From Octopus sinensis (lineage: Eukaryota): 23,360 bases of DNA. Each line of letters begins with the position of its first letter. Within the stretch, counting starts at the first letter, position 1. Location of the stretch: positions 1 to 23,360 of the forward strand of contig NW_021836643.1 of NCBI RefSeq assembly GCF_006345805.1, given 5' to 3'. The position numbers and the translations under genes are program-made. The notes beneath the pieces were generated by a model. It ran no database searches. It worked only from the letters and a program-made list of their open reading frames with translations, and was not told the origin of the DNA. This document shows positions 9,530 to 21,480 of the stretch, piece by piece.

Positions 9530-9960
9530 CTCTCCAAGCCTTTTGGACAGAAACACTTGCCTCTTTACAGCATATGTAGCAGCGGGGATTTTTTCTCATC
9601 AATTGCACGAGGCATAACTCGGGGCATTTGCGTTTTCCCGATCTGGACGTCTATCTTCATGGGAGCAATCTCATGACATATCGCCTAAGTTTAACACGAC
9701 ATGAATAACCGTTTCGTACACTTTTAAGGGAAAGTGACCATAAATATGATTATTTAGCAGAATCTGTTGAGCACCGGATTAAACCCTTTGTCACATTAGG
9801 TCTGGTTCTCTATATTCTTATTTTGAACCCTGCACACCTCATATTTGCCTTGCATTTTGGCGGTGCCCCTGCATGGTAAGAAACTTTCATCTGAAAGGCA
9901 TAAAAACGTATAAGAATAAGCAAAGAACTGATGCCATGACCAATGTCTTTATTTTCTAAA
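9530..9960 (-). pseudogene. Possible highly decayed piggyBac-like transposase remnant
   Basis: The minus strand gives LSDESFLPCRG (DESFLPCRG = 9865-9891), resembling piggyBac DE-S-h-h-P-h-[RK]-G. It is followed by TAKMQGK, GFKI (9819-9830, other frame), VVLNL and N..SY..EKIPAAT in the expected order, with many frameshifts and stops. Confidence 0.35.
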
Positions 9961-10973
9961 TTACTCTGGAACCAGCACGTTGCACTCTTTTGCTCGTGTC
10001 GTTTCCCCATCACAGTTTTCGAGATAATGCAGTCGAAAATAATATAATTACTAAATTATTAAAGAAGCAACTTTGAGATGAATATATATTAACTTGTATT
10101 TGTTATTTCTCTCTGTTTTCGATAATATTCATTTGAGACTACAATATTTCTAATAAGGCTTGACTTTCGTCCGTGTGGGTTCTACATTGTTTACTTCGAG
10201 AATACTTAAGCATTTTTATATCTGTTTTCAGTCTAATTCTTTATCGTATATTTCAGATTTCTCGTCTATAACATTAGAGATTTCTTACTTTTTAATTAAT
10301 TTCCCTTCTTCAGTTTTCCAAAACAAATCTGATGCCAATTTCCCTACAGCATCCGTTCTTTGTATACAACGTATTTACTATTTCTTTATTATCTACAGTA
10401 TACAACAAGAAGTAAAAAAAATAGTTAATTTATCATACCGTAAGAACTGTATTGTGTTTTTATCCTCTTTGTTTTATCGTTCTGGTTTACAGTTTTTGCA
10501 CCAGACAAAATGAAAAGGAGTGGAATATTTCCATTACAATTTTGTTGGCCTTTGCGTTTTGATTTTGCTCTGCACTTCAATTTTGTTGCTTGGTTCGAAG
10601 CAATTATCCGACCTCTCTATAATATAACTGGTGTTAACAGCTTTGTATATAAATTCTCAAACCTCAAATGCAGTGTATTGTACAAAACAGTTTATACAAG
10701 CCATGTTTTGACTAGGTTGGTAAGCGAGCTAGAAGTAGCAGCTTCATTTTTTTTAAGTTACTGTTTCAAGATGAAATGGAAATTGCATCATATCCTATTC
10801 ATTGGTCATGGTGTCATTGTTGTTTTCAAGAGGGTAGTCTATATTTATTTAGTTCAATTTATGGACAACAGTCTAATAAAAATTAGATTCTTCGTCAGGA
10901 ATTTTATAATGGCATGAATAATTATGACCCCCCTCCAAAAAAAATATAGAAAGAACTTTCATAGCCCTCTTTG

Positions 10974-10975
<2 letters not shown>

Positions 10976-11025
<50 letters not shown>

Positions 11026-11314
11026 TTGTGTGTGTGTTTGCGTGTGTGCGTATGTGCATGTGTGTATATATGTGTGCGCCTTTGTATTTGTGTTTGCCTC
11101 CACCACCGCTTGACAACCGGTTTTACCTAGCTGTTCGACAAAAGTGATCGATCAAATAAATGGCAGGCTGTTACGAAATAAGAGCTGGGATCGGTTCATT
11201 CGATTCAAACAAAAAAATGAAAAAAAAAAAAATTAATTCTCCAATGCGGTGCCCCAGTATGGCCGCAGACTAATAACTAAAGCTAGTAGAAGATACGAGG
11301 TAAAAGATATAAAA
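10976..11314 (+). mobile_element. Family 1 SINE, 3' half (TA/TG tract plus tail)
   Basis: ccaccaccgcttgacaaccgg, ctgggatcg and gcggtgccccagtatggccgcagac match 2170-2345. Ends gtaaaagatataaaa. Confidence 0.75.
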
Positions 11315-11429
11315 TTCTTATCTCCTTCCTCCCTTCCCCTCATTCTTTAATTTCTTTCGCCATTTTTAAGTAAGCCGTCGCACAAATTGCAACGTGTTTT
11401 TGTAACGTACACTTCATTAGTCATTCTAG

Positions 11430-11701
11430 TCACAGCCAAATACCACTCCTCCTTCTCCTCCTCCTCCCCTCTCCTCCCCCTCCTCCTCTTCCTGTACCTC
11501 TTCTCTTTTCTTTAACATTGATAATCCGCTGCTTCCTTTGGTGCTGTGTTTGTCCACTAATTTTTCTGCTTGTGATTGTTTGTAATAAGAATGAAAATTG
11601 GTAATCGCTGTAAAGATGAGGATGATGATGATGATGTTGATGATGCTGAGGGGGATGAGGATGATGATGATGATGATGATGATGATGTTGAAGATGGTGA
11701 A

Positions 11702-11733
<32 letters not shown>

Positions 11734-12280
11734 CGATGGTGATGATGATGATGATGGTGATAATGATTATGACGACAACTTCGATGGTGATGACGATGTT
11801 GATGATGATGGTGGTGGTGGTAGTGGTGGCGGTGAAGGTAGGGGCTGATGATTATGATGATGACGATGACGACGACGGCGATGGTGATGATGATGACGAT
11901 GGTCGTGATGGTGGTGGTTATGGTAGGGCTGATGATGATAAAGATGGTGATATTGGAAGCGGTGGTGGTAGTAGTGGTAGTGATAGTAGTGATGATAAAT
12001 ACTACGACGATGGTTTTGTGGGAGGAGAAGGCGAAACAGTTCATATGTTAAGGACTGTGCTGGTGGTGACCATCATGCACATCATCCCTATCATCATCAT
12101 CATCATCATAATCACCACCTCCAACACTCCCACCGCCACTGCCACCACCACTACCACCAACATCATCACCACCACAACCATCATCATCATCTCATCACTT
12201 GTTACATACTGATTTAATCCTCATGCTGATAGAAATCTTGATAAAACCCATTATTATTATCATTATTATTATTATTATTA

Positions 12281-12326
<46 letters not shown>

Positions 12327-12500
12327 TAATCTTATCAATAGTATTCTAAAGTTTACCGATGTTGATGTTGATGATGACTGCACTTGATGAAGATTTGGTG
12401 CCAGCGCTCCGCTGCTGCTGCCGCTACCGTTACTGTTAATGATGGTAATGATGATGATGATGATGATTATGATGATTATGATGAAGATGTTGATATTCTA
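11430..12500. repeat. Compound trinucleotide field: (CCT), (GAT/GGT)n, (CAT/CAC)n, (ATT)n, (GAT)n
   Basis: Read directly. Produces the poly-H, -D, -M, -I and -T ORFs in the track. Confidence 0.9.
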
Positions 12501-13461
12501 GAAAGAGAGAACGATAATGTAATAAATCAAAATAAAATAAATACAAAAAACAAATCGTAAAAAAATTAATTTAATTTTATTATTTTTAACTCTTTTTTAC
12601 TTTTAATTTTGTTTGTTCTTTATATTCCATGATTAAGGTACCAAAAAGTAAATATTTTACTATTTTTATATATATATATATTTGTCTGTAATTTTTTTTA
12701 TAATAATTTATAAAATCTTTGTTAAATGTTTAGTTTTCATGAACGTATTTTTGTTTATTGTTTTTTTTCTTTGTTTTATGCTGGTTGTTATTCGTGTTTT
12801 CGTTTTTGGTTTCTTTGCTTTTGGAGTGTTTTCATTGTCATTCATTCTCCGAAATTCATTTCGAATTTTCAGCTTTGTTTAATTAGAAATTGTAATTTTC
12901 ATTTGAATTCCAATATCATTCACGATTTGAAAACTTCAAATAGTAATATAATCCAAAAATTAATCATTAACCTGAATTTTATTTCCTTTGTATATTGATT
13001 TGCCATTTTTTGCGTTAGAATTTTTGGTTTTCTTTCTAACAATTCTATAAAAAAAAGTCAGAATTATTTTATGTCATGGTATTGCTGTTGTTGTTGTTGT
13101 TGTTTTTGCACGTTCTTTGTTGTTAATGATGTAGATTGTTCTTTAGCCCCGAGACTGCCATATTCACGAAGATTGAGGAACAAAACCGTAGCAGACGTAG
13201 TCACCGGTGTTTCGCTTTTTTTCCGTTTTAGAAATATTAAGATACGTTGTTCTTTTTCACAAGACGTCAGTGTATAATTTTTTTTAAAAATTCCCCTGAT
13301 AATTCCAGATTAGCTAATTGAATGACACCGTTGATACCCGATAATACTGTTATCGTTCATGATGATTTGAGTTCAGAACCAAATGTAGACCTTCACCAGA
13401 GGAAAGTTCATTTGTTTACAAAACTTTTCTGTAGTACGGAAAATTCAAAAATATTGGCTTA

Positions 13462-13673
13462 AAATATTGGCACCTAACAGCAAGATCGGGGGAAGAGGTA
13501 AGTCGATTATATCGATCTCAGTTCTCAACTGGTACTTAGGTTGTCGAACCCGGAGGGCGATTGGCAAAGTGGGTCTCGGTGGATTTTGAGCTCAGAAAAT
13601 CCGTAATTTTTTTTATATCTGTAAAACCGTATGTTAATGTTTGTTATAATGTCTTGGCATACCAGCCATCGCC
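13462..13673 (-). mobile_element. Degenerate family 2 SINE
   Basis: Contains aagtcgattatatcgatctcag.tctcaactggtactta...cgaacccgga...ggcaaagt...ctcggtggattttgagctcagaa and ends ccagccatcgcc. Confidence 0.75.
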
Positions 13674-13734
13674 ACAAAAGTGGCGGAATTTTAGGAAACA
13701 TTTCAAAATCACTGCCCTAACTTCTTGTAAAACC

Positions 13735-14135
<401 letters not shown>

Positions 14136-15062
14136 TGAATGTGTACTTGTACGTGTGTGTGTATGCATATGTCGACGTATAAAATGTAACTTAATTCAAT
14201 ACATACTATCTAGAAACAATGTCCGAGAAAAAACTGAAACACATTTCTACTGAGCCACAATTCAACCACTTCTAAAGTGAAGGTCATATTATCTTAGGAG
14301 AGCCAACAGCAAACTGCTTTACTCATTCCACACTACCAAATTATGTTCAACTTAGTGTGATATTCTGATAACAGAAAGCGAAGATTAATGCGATATCACA
14401 ATCTTGATGGTAATTCACACTTTAAGCGTTCTGGAATAATGAGCGATAACCCCAAACGAATCCTTATTTAAGTCAAAGAGTAACGGAACTATGGTGTAGA
14501 TTATAAGAATACGATAAATGATACAGAACTAAATTGGTATTAATATTCTACCGACTTAAATGGAATAAATGCATTACAGAATATCGGTTATAAAATTCAC
14601 TACAGTCCATTAAAATTTGTAGATTTGTACCCGTGTTTAGAATACTTTTGAAGGTAACATGCAAACACTGGCACAGATATCCACTTTACTATGAGGTCTC
14701 TAAATATTCCGGGTTTCGACTAATGCTGAAATTGAGATAAATATATTAGTCACTGATAAATCCCTAAACGTTGTCTCGACCTGCTAAAACCTGTAGAAGA
14801 ATATCGATAGCATCTGGAAAAGGAAATACACATTGGAACATATATAGTTTTCATTACCAGTTCCTGTTAAACGAGGAGATACCTTTACAAATATGATCAA
14901 ACGTAAAATATATTTGCCCTCCCAGAGTACATGCTTAAACCTTCAGCGATTGGAAGTCAGATGGCTCGAATAGATTTTAGTGAGAAAAAAATTACCAACC
15001 CTCGGAAACAGGAAACGGCGTTTCACCGGCCATCCATAAAGCAGATATAGATATTATATAAT

Positions 15063-15100
15063 CACTTTTGACGCTGAGAGCCCGAGTCTTAATAGAAATA
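15063..15100 (-). mobile_element. Very degenerate third copy of the Penelope-like repeat core
   Basis: Minus strand tctattaagactcgggctctcagcgtcaaaag vs tctgttgaagagcgtaggctcgaaacgtaaaag. Confidence 0.3.
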
Positions 15101-15169
15101 GAGAACTATCACACTATGGTAAGAAAGGGGAACGCGCTTAGGGTATGAAAGAAATAGGAAATAACGAAG

Positions 15170-15213
15170 GATATATATATGTAGATATATATGTATATAT
15201 ATATATATATATT

Positions 15214-15246
<33 letters not shown>

Positions 15247-15497
15247 GGACACATATACGTATATGTATGCATATACAGACATATATATATATACATATAT
15301 AAATATATATATATATATATGTATATGCATTTATACATATACTTATATACACATATACATGTATATATATTAGTTATATATATAAATTCTATGTATGTAT
15401 ATATGCATATTTACACACACGCACACACATATGCACACACATACACACACAGAGGCACATACACACACACACACATACACACACGCACGCACACACG

Positions 15498-15530
<33 letters not shown>
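15170..15530. repeat. (TA)n/(CA)n compound microsatellite
   Basis: Read directly. Confidence 0.9.
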
Positions 15531-15879
15531 GTGTGGATCCGATATAATTTAAAGCTAATTGCATTTAAAAGCATTTTAAAATAGATATATTTGAACATGC
15601 GATTTCATCTAATTTCATCTAAGCTTCTTATCTCTCAGCGTTCACTCTTCAAGAATCCAGAATCATGTCATAGCCATGTTTACAATCGATCGACAAACTG
15701 TCGGAGATTTGTGTCACTGGAGAGTATTCGGAAGTATTAAGTAAACTATCTGTGTGCTATTATGTGCAATCCACTGTGGAAAATATACTTGAAGAAATAA
15801 AACTATAATTGTAGTGCATGGTAGTTACCGAAATGGAAAGATGCATTCTCTCTCTCTCTCTCCACATCTCTCTATCTCT

Positions 15880-15881
15880 TC

Positions 15882-15916
<35 letters not shown>

Positions 15917-16012
15917 ATATATATGTATATGAGTGTTTGTGTGTGTGTGTCCGTATAAATATTGATACATACACCCACATATATATATATATATAATATA
16001 TATATATATACC

Positions 16013-16044
<32 letters not shown>

Positions 16045-16169
16045 ATATAATATATATATATATGTATATATAGTTATAATATACATGTGTATATATATAG
16101 TAATTTATATGTGTACACATGTATACACATGCACACATATTTATACATACATTTATATGTGTGTATAGA

Positions 16170-16208
<39 letters not shown>

Positions 16209-16240
16209 GTATATATATATATATATATATAAATGTATAT

Positions 16241-16301
<61 letters not shown>

Positions 16302-16320
16302 ATATATATATAAGTACATA
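15880..16320. repeat. (TA)n-rich microsatellite
   Basis: Read directly. Confidence 0.9.
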
Positions 16321-17138
16321 CACGGTACGGATAATAAACTGTCGTCTAGATTACGCAAAAATGAAAATAACACTAAGAGCTCAGATATATTTACCAAAAT
16401 TGCATAGAAATATCTTGAAATACTAAAGATTAAATTTATTCAAAACAATAGCCATTGGCTTTAACCACGGTCTCCAAAACGACTTCGGAATATGCTACAA
16501 CTTTTCTGGAGAATCTCTTTGATTTGATGAAGGTTTCCATAATCCTTACCTGCATTCTTTGATGGTACAAGGAATTTTGTTGGGCCCTCACTCAACTGCT
16601 CCCCACATGTGATAATGATGCGGGTTGCAGTCTGGGGAGTTAGTTGGATAGATCACAGGGCTGATTTGGTCACACACTGTATTACAGCCATGACTGTATG
16701 CTCCTGCTTGTGTAGCATGATGCAGAGTCATGTTGCTAGACATATGCTCTTCGTGCCGCCGCACTTTTGACTCAGGACAGCATACCGCCTCCAGGCATCT
16801 TTTGAGTCTGATGCCCTGTGGGATGACGAATGGAGATATAACGTCGCCATCATAGTGATCTCTCTAAACATCATGATGTTATCTGTGTGCTTGTTTTTCG
16901 TCACTCTCCTCAGGTTTTTGTCACTCTCCACAGATGCACAGATCCGGCGTGACTGCCAAGCAGTGCAGCATGTCGTTTCCAAATTCTTGGCAAAGTGATG
17001 TGCGCCATGGTGCTGCTCGTCTCACAGACGGTGACCAGCTCAACCTACTATACTGTGTAATCGCCAAAATCAAAATCAAACAATGCGCACGTGCGAAATT
17101 AAGAATAAGAAAGGTCGACAAATTACCAATCGTACCCC

Positions 17139-17143
<5 letters not shown>
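16321..17143 (-). mobile_element. Internally deleted Tc1/mariner DNA transposon, DD37D (maT-type) spacing
   Basis: Degenerate TIRs: cacggtacggataataaactgtcgtc from 16321 vs rc of 17114-17143 (cacatggggtacgattggtaatttgtcgac). TA flanks both ends (16319-16320, 17144-17145). Transposase remnant inside. Confidence 0.85.
16436..17008 (-). pseudogene. Transposase pseudogene (IS630-Tc1-mariner superfamily)
   Basis: ATG at 17008 gives [18 protein letters not shown]. Then [46 protein letters not shown] (16715-16735 = QHDSASC), CDQISPVIYPTNSPDCNPHHYHMWGAVE (16621-16641 = NSPDCNP) and VVKANGYCFE*. Multiple stops and frameshifts. Confidence 0.85.
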
Positions 17144-17221
<78 letters not shown>

Positions 17222-17233
17222 ATATATATATGT

Positions 17234-17280
<47 letters not shown>

Positions 17281-17317
17281 CATACATATATATATATATA
17301 TATTATATATATATATA
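17144..17317. repeat. (TA)n microsatellite
   Basis: Read directly. Confidence 0.95.
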
Positions 17318-17693
17318 ACCAAGAAAAAGTAACAAGAATGGATCAGTAGTTTAGTACAATTGTTTCATACTAAGAATATTTTATTTAAAGCTGCAAATAT
17401 TACAGCAAATATAATGTCAAGTATTCATCAGCTAAATCACATATATGTTTTCCAAACATCCTAGAGATGTGTAAATATCCTTATGAAGTATTAGGAGTGA
17501 GTTCTATGAATTTGAAGTAAGATTATAAGCAGACTTTATATGTTTTCTAACAATGCACAGTTTTTAAAAAAAGCTTTTAAAATGATTATTAACTTCTCAG
17601 AGAAGGTAAATCCATCCATAAAGATGCAGATATAAGTTCCAGGAGACATGGGGAAAGATACTGGTCACACACCGGTTCAGTTCACATCTAACG

Positions 17694-17694
<1 letters not shown>

Positions 17695-17733
<39 letters not shown>

Positions 17734-17831
17734 CATATATGAGAACGTAAAAGCATTTACTGGACATTTGAGTAAAAGCTTTATGCAATGATGTGCAAAG
17801 CTCATCATACAGGGATAATGCTCTTGGTACT

Positions 17832-17872
<41 letters not shown>
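17695..17872. repeat. Two (TA)n runs (17695-17740, 17835-17872)
   Basis: Read directly. Confidence 0.9.
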
Positions 17873-17875
<3 letters not shown>

Positions 17876-17929
17876 AACTCCATATTATCTCAGCTGTTTA
17901 ACCCAAGGTTAGCGATTCGTGGCCATTCT

Positions 17930-18875
17930 TTCTCAGTTTATGTCTTTGCTTAAAATTCCATTCATATCTTGAATAATTTCTGCACATAACAAATCGACTC
18001 AATCATTTGACAGGTATATTATTTTATCAATTCCGGAAGGATAAAAGGTATTATATTTCCATACACACTTATAAGAGAATAGTAAACCTATTCCATTATT
18101 TGTCTAATTGTCTCTTTTATCAAATTCGGAAGATCAAAAGTAAAGTTGGTCTTCATTTATAATTACATTGACACCTACGAGACCTTATAGCGATGCTAAA
18201 TCCACCAAATATTTGGCTGGTACTTTATTTTTATGATCCTGGTTGAATGAAAGATATTAACTCTTCGTCTTCAATTACAATTTCATTGGCATCTAAGGTC
18301 ATCTACAGGAATATTAAAGCCGCCCTTGTATTTGACTATCACTGTTGCATCGACCCCTGAAGGACGGAAGTTAAATTTAGGCTTAGCTCTCTATTATAAT
18401 TCCATTCGCTTCAGGATGATTTATAGGACTATTAATTCGACTCAGTAAATGACTGGCAGTTTATTTTATCGACCCGAGAAGGATAAAAGTTAAATTTAGT
18501 GTTAGTCTTCTATCATAATAATTCCACTCAATTCTCAAATGATTTATAGCATTCATCTTAGATGTCAAGGAATTATATTAGAAAGCTAAGAGTTAATATT
18601 GCCTCTCATCTTTCCAGGGTTATTATAAGGCACCGTCCAATTGGTTGCTCATTGACCTTCAGAGGTATGAGAGTTAAATTTGTCTTCTATCATAATTCTA
18701 TTCACATCAGGAGAGATTTATAGAAGTACGAAATCCGCGACAATATTTGACTATTATTTGTTTTTATCGACCCAAGAATAATGAAAAGTTATCGAATCCG
18801 GCGATATTTGAACCCCGAAATTAAAAGGTGGAGACATAACTACTGTCATTTTGACATTGTGTCTAAACATTCCGT
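17930..18875 (-). repeat. Degenerate ~115-120-bp tandem array derived from family 2 SINE core
   Basis: The recurrent motif tttatcgaccc.gaagga...aagttaaattt..tct.ctat.ataattcca.tc...tgatttatag has unit starts near 18027, 18120, 18233, 18350, 18469, ~18580, 18652 and 18767. The last unit continues into SINE head sequence (atttgaaccccgaa). Confidence 0.7.
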
Positions 18876-20129
18876 CAGTCCATATTCTTTTCTCTTGAAA
18901 CAATTTAACCCCGACTACGTCATCCAACGTACCCTAAAAATTAAAAAAAACACAAGACGGAGTTTTAAGGAAATTTGATCCTCTGATTCGTTCAGTGTTT
19001 AGTAATTTTCGATAAGAAAGACGCTCAGTTTTGTTTTTTCCATGCGTGTACATCACCGTTGTTAACTTCCGCCGCACTTCCGAAGTACTAATCTATCATT
19101 TAGTAATTGTCCCTCACTGTTTACTCTAGAGGTACTATATCATATTAACTGCATCTATTTGAAGTTAGTGATTTTATTACTATTTTTAAAAACAATAAAT
19201 AACATTCGTCGAAAAATGGATTCGATACTTCAGCGACGTCTAAATCGTTTATTAATATTCCTTAAACTGGATAATCCATAAATTATCCTTGTTGGCAACG
19301 CAAGCATAATGGAAGCCCCGGACCATCTTTACCTTTTATTCTTACGAGAAGCGTTAAATTAAAGCACCAGTGAAATAATGGATCGATTTAATAGCATTAT
19401 AAATCATTGTTGATGTGACTAGAATTCTAATATGGGGCCGTGGGTGGGGTAGCTACAATTATAATGACTGTCATGCGGAGGAACTACGGTTTCGAAGTTT
19501 CGGCGGCAACGGCTATGGGAGGAACGCTGGCGCCGAAATGCTGAGATCCGAGTTACTCTTAATTTATTCTTAATAAATTATGATCTTTATTTAGAGATCT
19601 GTTATTAACTACTATACTTACCCTGTACATCACGATTACAAGCAAGCTGGTTACTGGTGTGACGAGATAGGGTTTTCATTGTTATTTTTACCATAATGTG
19701 TGACCATGTAAAATCTATCTTCTTGGATATGATTTATTCTTGTCTTGAAATACTCTTCCACAAAGCTAAATTCCTCTTCTTACTTACGCGTTGCTTCAAG
19801 ACAGTGAACTGACACAATCATTAAATCGTTTGATATAAATCTTTGTGGGGTGTGACATGATCTAAAACGCAGTGAGTTCAAATCCCGCGAAAATATTAAG
19901 ATTTTTGCTATTTCGGGTTTGTTAAATAAAGTGTTAATCAAGCATTAGAGATGGATTCTTTCAACTACATCATATGTCTACACAGGACATTTGATCCAAA
20001 TTTTTACTATTCTGATATTGTTGCGTGCTGATTCCGAGTTTCATTTTTGTACTTCCATGTTTGTTTTCCAGAAAATCCATTTACTAACAATAAATAAATA
20101 GATAAATAAATAAAATAGAAATGAATAAA

Positions 20130-20352
20130 TATTTCTTTATTGCCCACAGAGGATTGAACACAGTTGGGACAAACAAATAAAGGCATGAAGTCGATTACAT
20201 CGACCCCAGTGCGTAACTGGTACTTATTTAATCGACCCCGAAAAGATGAAAGGCGAAGTCGAACTCGGCGGAAAATGAAGTCAGAACGTAACGGCAGACG
20301 AAATACCGCTAAGCATTTCGCCCGGCGTGTTAACGATTCTGCCAGCTCCATA
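20130..20352 (-). mobile_element. tRNA-derived SINE, family 2, full length
   Basis: High similarity to 6504-6734 (cgaccccagtgcgtaactggtacttatttaatcgac is identical). An (AAAT)-like tail tract lies at ~20088-20130. Confidence 0.9.
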
Positions 20353-20354
20353 CC

Positions 20355-20795
20355 GTAAACGTGGATCTGTGGTAAGGAGTTACTTTCCCAACAACAAGGT
20401 TCCAAGTTCGATGCCACTGCGTGTTGCTTTGGGCCAGTCGCTTCTACTATAGCGTTATAAATCTTTGTAAGGGCTTTTAGTTTAAGGAAACTGAAAGAAG
20501 CCCATTTTGTGTATTGTGGGTGTGTTTGTCCCACACCAACGCTTGTCAACCAGCGTTGGTGTGTTTCCTTCCCTGTAATTTAGCGCGAGCGCGCACATAT
20601 ACACATATACACACATACAAGCACTGGAGCACACGGAAACACTGACGCATACATATAGACACACGCACACACATATATTAAGTCACAGTACTTAAAAAAT
20701 GAATTCTGGGATCGATTGATTCAACCAGAAATTATGCAAGGCGATGCTCCAGAATGGACACAGTCGAATAACTGAAACCATTAAGTGATAAATGA
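20355..20795 (+). mobile_element. tRNA-derived SINE, family 1, diverged, with CA-rich insert
   Basis: A-box-like tggatctgtgg at 20362-20372 and B-box-like agttcgatgcc at 20405-20415. ggaaactgaaagaagccc and gcgatgctccagaatgg match 1959-2367. Confidence 0.8.
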
Positions 20796-21039
20796 TTAAA
20801 TATTTATAATTAAAAACAACAAGCAGGAACTAAGACACATGCATGCATAACCATCATCGATACCGACGCAGAGCCCACGAGTGCCTTCCCTATACTTTCA
20901 TTGCCTTTCACCCATTTCACCGTGAACTTTGCATTTAACAACTTTGTTTGCGTTGCTTCCCTTTTATTCTCGACGTATTTATTAACGTCATTATCACCAA
21001 AAAAAAACACAAAAAAACAAAGACCGCTAAAACTATCAC

Positions 21040-21173
21040 CATCCTCAACTTCACCCCACCTCCTCCCCATCATCATCATCTTCCTTTTCCACCGCCCCTT
21101 TTCCTCCTCTTCTTCCTCCTCATCATCACCATCAATTTTCATCATCATCAATGTCATCACCATCATCGTCATC

Positions 21174-21218
<45 letters not shown>

Positions 21219-21230
21219 TCCATCATCATT

Positions 21231-21274
<44 letters not shown>

Positions 21275-21315
21275 AAACATCATCATCGTCCTCATCGTCC
21301 TCATCGTCCTCATCA
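21040..21315. repeat. (CAT)n trinucleotide microsatellite
   Basis: Read directly. Explains ORFs 20810-21343, 20901-21395 and 20948-21322. Confidence 0.95.
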
Positions 21316-21384
21316 ACGTTAATTTTAGGAGAATTATTAGCACAATTATATTAAATCATTATGAACACTATAATGATTTGATGA

Positions 21385-21413
21385 AATATTATTAATATTA
21401 TTATTATTATTAA

Positions 21414-21480
<67 letters not shown>
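21385..21480. repeat. (ATT)n, i.e. the (TAA)n tail or target of the adjacent retrotransposon
   Basis: Read directly. Abuts the element's 3' end at 21481. Confidence 0.9.

Noticed and set aside
11430-12387. Long ORFs (up to 204 aa) with poly-His, -Asp, -Met, -Ile and -Thr
   Set aside because: They are translations of trinucleotide microsatellites, open in several frames on both strands, with no domain content.
16921-17000. [17 protein letters not shown] read as a mariner YSPDL motif
   Set aside because: The true NSPDCNP motif lies at 16621-16641, and this segment reads better in another frame as the transposase N-terminus.
15109-17883. Many YIYIYI/THTH ORFs
   Set aside because: TA and CA dinucleotide repeats lack stop codons; these are artefacts.
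17930-18875. CRISPR-like repeat-spacer array
   Set aside because: Units are ~117 bp, degenerate along their whole length, SINE-derived and in a eukaryotic context with no cas genes.
19614-19720. Perfect AG|GTAAGT donor on the minus strand with a short open frame upstream
   Set aside because: One or two such 8-mers are expected by chance in 23 kb on two strands. No convincing acceptor or homology.
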